IMG/VR virus record: IMGVR_UViG_3300043084_000165
Location: 27,704-91,703 of that record
Length of the DNA: 64,000 bases
Source of the DNA: a virus
Lineage: Duplodnaviria > Caudoviricetes
Strand: one strand, 5' to 3'
Part shown: one piece after another, positions 29,188-38,196 of the stretch
How the letters are laid out: each line of letters opens with the position of its first letter
How positions within the stretch are numbered: the stretch's first letter is position 1
Position numbers and translations under genes: made by a program
The notes under the pieces: generated by a model
The model's input: the letters and a program-made list of their open reading frames with translations, nothing else
What the model was told of the DNA's origin: nothing
The model's database searches: none

Positions 29188-29786
29188 TTGTTCAATTTTA
29201 TTGTTTTAACTTCAATATTAAGATAGTCAAGAATCTCATCAGTTATAGCTACACAACAACCGCGCCATAAAATTTTCTTGTCAGGACCGAATGTTGGCAC
29301 AAATACGACTTTGATATCATGACCATCCAGTTTTAATGTGGTTGATGTCGTTTTTTGAGATGCGCTCGCAATCTCACGACCCAATTGCCCTAGGATGTAA
29401 TTGGCTGCATGTCTGAGGTTTACAGTGGGCACTATACGCACATAGCTGTCCTCACCATCCTCAAAAAAGAAGAAGTGTTCATGTGCTACACTGTCGGTGC
29501 CCCAACCGGGTTTCTTCTTGTCATAGTCACTATATAATTCCACCAACAAGTCGTCCCAGGGTTGTGAGCGAAACTTCTCAGAGATCATCCACTCGCCTGG
29601 CCAGCCCGTTGGGTTGCGTAACACTACATCCACATCATGTCGTTGAAGATTGCCACCATTATTCCAGTCGGGTCTGTAGATGACTTTGTTTGGGAACAAT
29701 TCTTTATATAGTGCATCTGCGCGTGGCCACCAGGTGCGTTCATACTTTAATCCTTCGTTAAATGTATTCATAATCTTACATGTCAA
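29163..29786 (-). CDS. Putative PD-(D/E)XK nuclease
   Basis: QRHDVDV...SEKFR...DLLVELYS...PGW pattern. Confidence 0.4.
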   Translation of the reverse strand: MTCKIMNTFNEGLKYERTWWPRADALYKELFPNKVIYRPDWNNGGNLQRHDVDVVLRNPTGWPGEWMISEKFRSQPWDDLLVELYSDYDKKKPGWGTDSVAHEHFFFFEDGEDSYVRIVPTVNLRHAANYILGQLGREIASASQKTTSTTLKLDGHDIKVVFVPTFGPDKKILWRGCCVAITDEILDYLNIEVKTIKLNKCNTPENK

Positions 29787-30726
29787 ATAAGTTTGCTTCT
29801 ATGTGACCATCCCAGTTGAGGTCCTTCAGACCTACGTTGCTCAGGATTCGATTGATAGGGTCTAGTACACACTTTTGAAACATTGCCTTACGGTCAATGG
29901 GTACGTACTGCTCGGCCCACTTGGGGAGCGCTGAGGGTTGGAATGTGAATATCACATCATTGTCGGTCTTCTTTTTCGGAGTGTTGGGCTTTACGATGTA
30001 ATATTTCATCTTACCATTGTACAGGGGTTCGCCTGGCAGACCTTTAGTTTGCCTCAACCAATTGTAAAAAGCAAGACCGCGCACCTGGAATGGACACCCT
30101 TTCTTAACCACCACTCCCTGTAGAGGATCATCATCTGAGATTACATAGTCCATATAACCATTCACTGAAATGGCAGGTGATATATGGTCTATATCTGCTA
30201 CCTCCCAGGCACGGCGCCCCTCTTGGCAGATTGCATTGAGCTCGTGGATGAGAGTGGGCGACTCAGACATCAGCAGGTGTTTAACCAGTTTTGTCAACAA
30301 GTCGCGTGCGGGTGCTGGGAAGCTTGCCTTAACCATTTCCAAACCCTTGGTTTTAGACTTCAAGTGATCCTCATCGAAGTACTTACCATCCTTGAAGATG
30401 AGCATCTGTGAATAACGCTTCTTGACATCCAACCGAATCTCTGAGTATGAAATAGTCTCCAGCTCGAATTCATGAACCATGTCCGTGTCTACGTTGCGTA
30501 TATTTCTGCCACGATAGTACTCAGTCATGATCTCTTTATTATGACCATTCAAGAACTTCTCGCTGAGCGCTACTAATATCTTTGCCTTATCTGTAATGGA
30601 CATATTCTCAACTCCTTCAATGGTGTCCAACAAACCTTCGTAACAGAAATAAATAGAATCCGTATCCCCTGCCACCGGCTGAACCAGAATGGTTTTGTCT
30701 TTTATATATGTATTTTCAATTTCCAT
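29776..30726 (-). CDS. Family B DNA polymerase, C-terminal part (motif C, thumb)
   Basis: AGDTDSIY, FELE, KKRY, KTKGLEMVK.S.P, PFQVRG..YN. Confidence 0.9.
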   Translation of the reverse strand: MEIENTYIKDKTILVQPVAGDTDSIYFCYEGLLDTIEGVENMSITDKAKILVALSEKFLNGHNKEIMTEYYRGRNIRNVDTDMVHEFELETISYSEIRLDVKKRYSQMLIFKDGKYFDEDHLKSKTKGLEMVKASFPAPARDLLTKLVKHLLMSESPTLIHELNAICQEGRRAWEVADIDHISPAISVNGYMDYVISDDDPLQGVVVKKGCPFQVRGLAFYNWLRQTKGLPGEPLYNGKMKYYIVKPNTPKKKTDNDVIFTFQPSALPKWAEQYVPIDRKAMFQKCVLDPINRILSNVGLKDLNWDGHIEANLFDM

Positions 30727-30756
30727 ATATCAATTTTGTTGGTTAATAATGTTTTA

Positions 30757-30784
30757 ATATACCATTATTCAGGTGCATGTTTAA
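30757..30784 (-). promoter_or_regulatory. Promoter for the polymerase C-terminal gene, overlapping the endonuclease 3' end
   Basis: Exact TTAAA-N18-TATAT about 30 bp upstream of ATG 30726. Confidence 0.65.
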
Positions 30785-32384
30785 TATACAGCGTATGTTT
30801 GACATGTCCCGAATCCCATATCTTGTGATAGGGTAGTTCAGACATTATCTCAGCCTCCGTCCTGCTTATATCAAACCCCAACTGTGCCAGTCGAGTCTTG
30901 CAGAATGATGTTCTGTGATAACGCTGGTTGGTCTGTTTGTGGATGTACCAATAGGCTGGGGTTATTTTGTTATCAGTTTCAAAGCCCAACTTCTTATATA
31001 CATCACCATTACTGATATCGTTTGAACTGAACGAAACTATTTTGTCTGGGTTGTGCTGTTTTATAAACATCTTTATAAATCGTGCTGCCAGGCCCAGGAT
31101 CTGCCAGTTCAACAAAGTACAGAAGCGGGTCAGTTCCCAGCAATCATCATTCTTTCCGCCGGACAACTTAGAGCGCTTTGCAAAGCACATCACCCCCACC
31201 AGCTCGTCTTTGTAGTATGCACCCAGGTGCACAGAGGATCTTGAAGCTCCCTGTAAGTGGTTGGCATTCAAGAAGTTATTGCAGTCTCGCGATGGAATCT
31301 GTCTCAGTTTACATTGTCGTGCGCCGATGCGAACCTCATAAATGCCCAACTTGGACAGTATGACAGACTTAACTATATCAGGGTGATTTGCAAACTGATC
31401 ATCCCATATAGTCAACAACTGATACCCCACACTACGCGCCTCGATGTACTTATCCATATGATATTTATAAGGCTTGAGCGCCTCTGAGTGCCACCAGTCA
31501 CCGTTACACTCAATAGCTATTTTGTACTGAGGCAGTACAATATCCAGGCCCTTGTGGGATGGTAGAATGGAGCGATCTTCACGAAGAAGAGTTTGCACAC
31601 CATGGGTTGCGAGCAGTTCTCTGATGGAGCGCTCCGTAAATGACATTTTGTTCTTACCAACTTGCAGTGGGTGTATGGTTGTACAGGGTTCTATATTGAA
31701 TTTCTTTCGCGTATGATAGTGTTTGGGGTGGATTTTATAGGTTCGCTGCTCGCATTTGGTGCATTCGGAATGAGGGCATTTACGTATCTGATAATCACCG
31801 TCCCAGCCGATCAAATCGGGGTCTGTACTGAGATCGCGCAGTATTTTAGAGATTTTTTTTCTAAACTCCGCGGTTTTTGTATGATGATCTACTCCGTACT
31901 TCTCCAGTGAGTTAGTGCGACGCACATCCTGTACTTCTGCAGCCTGTGACGGATAATCCGTACCATAACGCTCATTATATATAGACTTCAGCTTAGACTT
32001 AACCTCCTCTGCCTGGTATGGGTTGTCTACACCATAATGCTCCTGACATGTCCTGCGTGCAGCTTTTCGATTGTTATAGTTTATATCCCCATAACGCTCC
32101 ATTTTAGTACGCTCAGCCTTACGGACACACTCTTTGTCTTTATAAGTACAGGCTGTCGAGCAATGTACATTATAACCATGTACAAAGTTGCGATAAGCCG
32201 TCGGCGCGCCACAAACAACACAGACATGAGGTTCGGGGTGTAGATATCTATACAGTTTCTCCGAAAAAGTCCCACCATCCAGGGACTCTATGTATTCATA
32301 AAACTCCGGATAGCGGGCTTTGAAGAACTTTGGACTTGGCTTAGTCAATTTGCATAAACTTTCTTTATCAGGGAAATTTGTCAT
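30765..32384 (-). CDS. Homing-endonuclease-like protein, paralogue 2 (splits DNA polymerase)
   Basis: Same architecture as 14832; ATG overlaps the stop of the polymerase N-half. Confidence 0.78.
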   Translation of the reverse strand: MTNFPDKESLCKLTKPSPKFFKARYPEFYEYIESLDGGTFSEKLYRYLHPEPHVCVVCGAPTAYRNFVHGYNVHCSTACTYKDKECVRKAERTKMERYGDINYNNRKAARRTCQEHYGVDNPYQAEEVKSKLKSIYNERYGTDYPSQAAEVQDVRRTNSLEKYGVDHHTKTAEFRKKISKILRDLSTDPDLIGWDGDYQIRKCPHSECTKCEQRTYKIHPKHYHTRKKFNIEPCTTIHPLQVGKNKMSFTERSIRELLATHGVQTLLREDRSILPSHKGLDIVLPQYKIAIECNGDWWHSEALKPYKYHMDKYIEARSVGYQLLTIWDDQFANHPDIVKSVILSKLGIYEVRIGARQCKLRQIPSRDCNNFLNANHLQGASRSSVHLGAYYKDELVGVMCFAKRSKLSGGKNDDCWELTRFCTLLNWQILGLAARFIKMFIKQHNPDKIVSFSSNDISNGDVYKKLGFETDNKITPAYWYIHKQTNQRYHRTSFCKTRLAQLGFDISRTEAEIMSELPYHKIWDSGHVKHTLYIKHAPE

Positions 32385-34219
32385 GCTCGTTTTGGTTTCA
32401 ATTTGATTCCCAGTTCCTTGTGAAGATCGGTCATTTCATACCAATGTTCTTGAAATAGGGCTGGAATGTCGCGTTCCATAATGTGAATTAGGTTACGACC
32501 CTCGCCAGTGATGTCATTAGCAAGGTGGATATTAAACCAGGCAAATGCCACATGTGAAGATCCACCGTACATAGAGTTCATAATCAGCTTGATGGCCTGT
32601 TCCTTACATGTCATGAACGTGATGTCATCTTTAAGACGTGGTTTGAGTGCTTTGAAGTTATATTGTGCCAGCTCCTCAGAATTTCTTGCATTGCAACCAA
32701 ACTCTCTAAGTTCTTCCTGCACATGTTCTGAATACTCTCTGAACGGTGCTGTACGACCCTCAATCAAGTGATCAATATCTGTCATTACTGTGGCATCCAG
32801 TTCCTTTGAGAGGTACTTTGTAACACCGCGAAGCTTTTTAAGGCCCCACTGAATGTTCTTAAACGCGTAGTCTTTGTCGTTTTTATATACACATCCGTTT
32901 ACTGAAACAAAGTAGTTTGGGTCTTTTTTATATACCTCCAGCTGTTTCTCTGTGAATTTACCATCTGCAAGCGATCCCAAATAGTTCTCAATGGAAAGAT
33001 TGCATGTGATGATGACCGATGGATAAAGTGATGCGAAATCTTGGCAGCATACAAATTGGTGCTTACCTGGTGTAGTTTTTCGCACATAAGCACCCATCAG
33101 CTCTCCACGTTCTCCAGTAAACTTATCCGGCGGAACTACTTTAATGTTGTGTTCATAAAAGTAGTTGAAGAACATGGACTCAGTGATCTTGATCTTTGAA
33201 AATGCTGTTGAGATATCATTTCGACAGATGAGTGACTGTACGTACAAAATACTCAGAGTCTTGAACTTCTTGTCAATCAGCTGCACCAACACAGAGTCAA
33301 TCATGTTATAAAAGACATATGTGGCGTAGTCTGTCTCATACAGGTGCTGCAGGTCTCCATCATACTTAATCTTACCCACACCGATACTCTCAGTGGCGAT
33401 GTAATCCAGTGCCAAACTCTCTTTAATGGGCATTACCGCCATGTCATAAGTTCCCACAATGTCCATCATATCAAGGATGAGCGTGTGGTTAGGCATGTTC
33501 AAACGCACCTTGTTGCCTTTCATATCAGTGATTTGCTTGCCCTTCATCGTCCAATCCACTGAACAACTATTGAATGAGATCTCCGGGTAGAAGTTCTTGA
33601 CACGGTTCTGAATATACTGCCAGTCAAATCCGAGTGAGTTCCATCCTGCCAGTACCGGGCATTTTGCCACGAAATTCCGAAGGAAATAGTTGAGCATGTC
33701 GCCCTCTGAGCTGAAATAAATGTATTTGGCTGACGGGGTGGGAAGATGCAGGCTCTTGAAGAACTCACACTTGTCCAGCCACTCCTCATACTGACGAGTC
33801 ATGTTCTGCAAGTCTTCAAGCGGTTTGATACCCAACACTATGGCATCCAGCTTATCATTCACAATAGAGATGGTGAGGATGGGGAAGTCTGCCTTGTCGG
33901 GCTCGGGAAATATCTTTGGATCTACCTGACACTCAATATCAAATGTGTACAGGCGGGGATTAGTCTTACCTAACAATAATCGTCTATCTGCTTCAGGGAG
34001 CTCCTCAATGAATGTCTTGTACTCAGTCCATTCGGGGCGATCTGTCATGCGAACCGTGCACTTCTTTCCGTTCCAGTTCTCATACTGACCATTGGGATCT
34101 TCGGCGTAAGTCTTGAATCGATTTACGTTATATTTAAGCAGCGCCTTGCCACCTGTCTCCGTCACATAGGAGATAGTCATCTGATGCTTCTGCTTATGGT
34201 AATTGTAATCTAATATCAT
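32381..34219 (-). CDS. Family B DNA polymerase, N-terminal part (3'-5' exo, motifs A and B)
   Basis: FDIE, GWNSLGFD, YNMID, GAYV, DFASLYPS, KLIMNSMYG, ITGEGR. Confidence 0.92.
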   Translation of the reverse strand: MILDYNYHKQKHQMTISYVTETGGKALLKYNVNRFKTYAEDPNGQYENWNGKKCTVRMTDRPEWTEYKTFIEELPEADRRLLLGKTNPRLYTFDIECQVDPKIFPEPDKADFPILTISIVNDKLDAIVLGIKPLEDLQNMTRQYEEWLDKCEFFKSLHLPTPSAKYIYFSSEGDMLNYFLRNFVAKCPVLAGWNSLGFDWQYIQNRVKNFYPEISFNSCSVDWTMKGKQITDMKGNKVRLNMPNHTLILDMMDIVGTYDMAVMPIKESLALDYIATESIGVGKIKYDGDLQHLYETDYATYVFYNMIDSVLVQLIDKKFKTLSILYVQSLICRNDISTAFSKIKITESMFFNYFYEHNIKVVPPDKFTGERGELMGAYVRKTTPGKHQFVCCQDFASLYPSVIITCNLSIENYLGSLADGKFTEKQLEVYKKDPNYFVSVNGCVYKNDKDYAFKNIQWGLKKLRGVTKYLSKELDATVMTDIDHLIEGRTAPFREYSEHVQEELREFGCNARNSEELAQYNFKALKPRLKDDITFMTCKEQAIKLIMNSMYGGSSHVAFAWFNIHLANDITGEGRNLIHIMERDIPALFQEHWYEMTDLHKELGIKLKPKRA

Positions 34220-34314
34220 ATTCTGTATGTTTATAACAATGTACGTTATAATATAGATTTTTGCCCTGTTGAGTTAAGAGGTGGACCTATTATATATTCA
34301 AAAGAAAACATTCT

Positions 34315-35094
34315 ATGAAATCCTTATACGACTATATAAATGAAGCGCGTGAGCTGCTGGGTGCTCTCCCATTCACTCGAGAACAATTCAAAGAGTACTT
34401 GATTGCCGCAAGTGACTATGATGATGAGAGCGAGATTTGGCAGTTCATGGAGCGTACTATCACAGATACTTATGGCGAAAAGGCATGGTCTGGATTTAAG
34501 GGTTGGTGTGAAGGTAATGCTTATGGCTCTGACGCAGATGAGTTATATAACATCCTCACCAAACTCCCCAAAAACCGCATTGCCCGAGTACTGGGTGCTG
34601 GATCTTTTGGAGCTGCCATAGAGATTGGTGATAATAAGGTTTGCAAGCTGTTCCATAAAAATACTCCCATGGAGTCTAAAGATATTAAATTCTATAAGTA
34701 TTGCAAAAGTCACAAATCTGATGTATTCCCTCGTGTGTTTAAGTTGGGTTCGAACTTCATAGTTATGGAGAAGCTCAACCTGAACACCGATAAGTGCAAG
34801 CTGTATAATAGCTACTTGGGTATGTCGCCAAAAATCAAATTTGATGGGATCTGCATGGAAAAATTGTTAAAAGGTATACGCAGTCCCAGCATCATTACAA
34901 AACGAGATTTTCAGAAGTATACTAAACTTGTAAATGCGCTCACCGCAGAGCAGAAAGAGGTATATCACTGGGGTTGGACGATCCTGGATGGCCTGAAAGA
35001 AGCCATTGGTAGTGATGATAGCTTGTTGGACCTGCGTTTGGCAAACATCGGCGAGCGTGTTGGTAGTGGTGAAATTATATTCTTCGATATATAA
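34315..35094 (+). CDS. Protein-kinase-like protein
   Basis: LGAGSFG, VCK, IVMEKL, DLRLANIG, FFD. Confidence 0.7.
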   Translation: MKSLYDYINEARELLGALPFTREQFKEYLIAASDYDDESEIWQFMERTITDTYGEKAWSGFKGWCEGNAYGSDADELYNILTKLPKNRIARVLGAGSFGAAIEIGDNKVCKLFHKNTPMESKDIKFYKYCKSHKSDVFPRVFKLGSNFIVMEKLNLNTDKCKLYNSYLGMSPKIKFDGICMEKLLKGIRSPSIITKRDFQKYTKLVNALTAEQKEVYHWGWTILDGLKEAIGSDDSLLDLRLANIGERVGSGEIIFFDI

Positions 35095-36191
35095 TGAAGT
35101 CTGTGTTACGAATATCTGATGGAGTGCGTAGCTATCCTTTTGTATATGAGGATGGTAAAGTGTACTGGCCTGACAATCATCCAGGCGCTTATGGTTATAA
35201 CATTTCTTATAAGTTCATAGGTGGTGCAGTTGAGTGTGTATTTGATGGTCGGGATTGTTTGGCATGCGCTCCGTTCAGATATGAAGGATGTATATACAGT
35301 CAATACGTAGAGGTAGGTGTAGTGCCTGATAATGTGCTTATTACCCTCACCCCCTGGGTTGATGGAGATGCTGATCCTGACTGGGTATCAGTACAGTCTG
35401 CACACATATCCCCATGGGATGCTGGTTTGAACCTGGTGGGAAGTTTCTCATCACAACCAGTACCTAACCTTATATATATGCTCACTCCAGGCAAAGAAGA
35501 CATAAGTGCTCAGTTTGGTGGAGGTTCTGTAGTCATAACCTATGAGGTGGCCCTGATGGATGATGACGATATATATTGGAAGGAGGATAACAATGGCATA
35601 ACTAAGTTTGCTAACTTCCCCATAAAGAACATGTTCCAGTGGAAAGAAGATATGCGCTTTGTGGGCCTGGCCCATGTCACTGTTGATAATGGTGATGGTA
35701 ATATAGTACATGTAGATGTGCGCGGCGATTCCATTCCTCTTACACAGCAGATGTGTGCATTTATCATTCAGGGTATGGTGGGTGATCCTTATGTAATTGA
35801 AAAAGAAGTTCTTGATAAAATGATAGTTCAGAAACCAAGATTGCTCAATAAAACTATTCAGACTGTGGTAGAAATGACCGCACAGACTGATTCAAAAGCA
35901 AATATAGTACAGCCGGTGTTCTTCCGCACACGCGAACTCGCACAGATCATTGTACATCCTGAGGTGACAGAAAACATCTGCATTAACCTCGATGCATACA
36001 AGTCACAGGTGAGCAGATTTTACATAAAGATCGAGGGAACTGCGTTCCCTGAGATAGGACGAGTGGAATCAGGTATTGTGTTTAAGGTTCAAGGCAGCTT
36101 GTTACCAGGCACTGTGAAATCCGGCACTTACTATATATTAAATGAAGATATGGACCTGGTGACAACGGGTAAATATAGTTACGAATCATGA
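35094..36191 (+). CDS. Hypothetical virion protein
   Basis: Coupled to baseplate genes. Confidence 0.55.
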   Translation: MKSVLRISDGVRSYPFVYEDGKVYWPDNHPGAYGYNISYKFIGGAVECVFDGRDCLACAPFRYEGCIYSQYVEVGVVPDNVLITLTPWVDGDADPDWVSVQSAHISPWDAGLNLVGSFSSQPVPNLIYMLTPGKEDISAQFGGGSVVITYEVALMDDDDIYWKEDNNGITKFANFPIKNMFQWKEDMRFVGLAHVTVDNGDGNIVHVDVRGDSIPLTQQMCAFIIQGMVGDPYVIEKEVLDKMIVQKPRLLNKTIQTVVEMTAQTDSKANIVQPVFFRTRELAQIIVHPEVTENICINLDAYKSQVSRFYIKIEGTAFPEIGRVESGIVFKVQGSLLPGTVKSGTYYILNEDMDLVTTGKYSYES

Positions 36192-36526
36192 TAGACTTTA
36201 ATCTTAGCGAAGGCGACCCTGTGATCTCCGATGATGTACAGTGTCTGATACAGCAGATCGATATCCTGTTTGGAAGTACCCCTGGGGATCTGATCGGTGA
36301 CCTGGACTATGGCACAGATTACAGATATGCTCTATATGATCAGAAGCTTGATCAGGACTCGCTGGCACAGCAGATGCTTTCTGACTTGTATTCACTGGAT
36401 CTGCTGGGATTTGAGCCATCCGTTGAGGTGTACCTAGCGCAGGGTACTGAGCGCGATATCTGTGTCATTGCAGTGACGCTCACAAGATATTCAGAAAAAT
36501 ATACAAAAACATACAAAATCTCATGA
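36188..36526 (+). CDS. gp25-like baseplate wedge protein
   Basis: QIDILFGSTPGD..GD.DYGT..ALYD. Confidence 0.75.
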   Translation: MIDFNLSEGDPVISDDVQCLIQQIDILFGSTPGDLIGDLDYGTDYRYALYDQKLDQDSLAQQMLSDLYSLDLLGFEPSVEVYLAQGTERDICVIAVTLTRYSEKYTKTYKIS

Positions 36527-38196
36527 GACTATTCAATCTTCGACATATACAGTTCCATCAGATAATGGACGATATCAGCAGCTACCTGGCTCAGTCCACC
36601 GGCTCACAGAAGTCTATCAATAAGAATACTGTGTTTGGCCAGTTGATGACTGTTGTTTCGGGTATCGCACACAACATCATGCTATATATAGAAGATTCAC
36701 TGGTGGAACAGAACAAGTACACAGCGCAGCGTAAGAAGTCTGTGTTGGGTCTGGCTGCTCAGTCCGGCTATCAACCATCCTATGGCAAAGCGGCTGGAGT
36801 ATGGGTGAGAATCGCTCACAAAGTCAATAACCGTGTGCCGCTGGATGTGATAGTTGCTGAGCATCAAAAGATCTTATGCTCACAGAATGGCCTTTATTAC
36901 AACCTGGTACTGAACAAAGCCGCTACAACCATCAAGTGCGACACTAACCTAGTATCAGAGTATATATATGCGGTGCAGGGTCAGTTTGACACACAACGCT
37001 TCACTGCAACTGGTGGGTCTTTATATGTACAGAACATGAAGTTCACAGGCTATATTGATACCGACTACATCACAGTCAAAGTCAATGATGAGGAGTGGGA
37101 GCAGGTTGCTTCGCTGTATGATATGGCTCCTGATCAGAAAGCCTATGCTATCAGATACAATCCAGTGTCGGGTATTGACATTATCTTTGGCAATGACATC
37201 AACGGCCGCATCATTGGCCAGGGGGATGTTATAGAAGTGTCTTACCTGCTGCACGATGGTGAATCGGGCAATATTGATGTGAAAGAATCAGGGTACTTCC
37301 TATTTGCAGATAAGCTGAAAGATGTGGCTGGCGAGGAAGTGGATGGCAATACTTGTTTTGATATTTCATTCGCTTCCGAAGACGCAGTTGCAGCTGGGGC
37401 CAACCCGGAAAGCATCACCAAGATCCGCCAAATGATTGGATTTAACACCCGTTCATTGGTGCTATCTGATTCAAATGCATATAAAGCATTCTTGAATAAG
37501 TTCTCATTTGTAGGTTACAACAGAACCTGGTCTGAACCCGGATCTCTTGTGGTTAACTCACTGGTGATGAGAAATTATCAGTTGGACATGCAATCGGGTG
37601 AGGATTATTTTGACCTCCGTCCTAATCAGTTCTCGCTGTCAGACATTCAGAAAGCATCCATTCAGAACGCCATTCTTGCTTCGGGTGCGCAGCTTGCGGG
37701 TACCACTTATAACATCATTGACATTGAACTGTGCAAGTATGCTTGCTATTTATATATAAAACTCAAAGACAGCTCCACCGACAAGTCGCTCATTACAACA
37801 CAGATTCGCACTCTTGTGGGTGAGTTCTTTGGCGACATTCAGTCGGATTCTTATATACCAAAATCAGACATCATCAACCTCATCAAAGACAACATTGACG
37901 AAGTGGATGGTGTGAATTGTTACTTCCTCTCAGAACGCAATGAAACCGCGCTGCAGACACGAATGTATCAAGACACACAGTATATATTTGATCCGGTGAC
38001 TGGCACATACAGAACAAAGACCTCTACAGTGCGCTTGGTATCTGGGGAGAATCCCATGTTGGGTCTGGATGCACATGGCAATATTGTTGTAGATGCTGAT
38101 AATCAGTTCCCCGTGCTCATGGGAGGCTGGGACTTCTTAAATAGTGCAGGTCAGGAGGTAGATGTTACAGATCCGTTAATCATAGTATATGAATGA
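36523..38196 (+). CDS. gp6-like baseplate wedge protein
   Basis: TAQRKKSVLGLAAQSGY, VQG, IIFGNDINGR..G..IEVSYL..GESGN, GANPESITKIR. Confidence 0.8.
   Translation: MRLFNLRHIQFHQIMDDISSYLAQSTGSQKSINKNTVFGQLMTVVSGIAHNIMLYIEDSLVEQNKYTAQRKKSVLGLAAQSGYQPSYGKAAGVWVRIAHKVNNRVPLDVIVAEHQKILCSQNGLYYNLVLNKAATTIKCDTNLVSEYIYAVQGQFDTQRFTATGGSLYVQNMKFTGYIDTDYITVKVNDEEWEQVASLYDMAPDQKAYAIRYNPVSGIDIIFGNDINGRIIGQGDVIEVSYLLHDGESGNIDVKESGYFLFADKLKDVAGEEVDGNTCFDISFASEDAVAAGANPESITKIRQMIGFNTRSLVLSDSNAYKAFLNKFSFVGYNRTWSEPGSLVVNSLVMRNYQLDMQSGEDYFDLRPNQFSLSDIQKASIQNAILASGAQLAGTTYNIIDIELCKYACYLYIKLKDSSTDKSLITTQIRTLVGEFFGDIQSDSYIPKSDIINLIKDNIDEVDGVNCYFLSERNETALQTRMYQDTQYIFDPVTGTYRTKTSTVRLVSGENPMLGLDAHGNIVVDADNQFPVLMGGWDFLNSAGQEVDVTDPLIIVYE

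Noticed and set aside
30727-32384. Group I intron or intein in the DNA polymerase
   Set aside because: The first half ends in a stop overlapped by the endonuclease ATG, only 38 bp of AT-rich spacer remain, no intein C/S...HN ends are seen, and the second half has its own promoter and ATG
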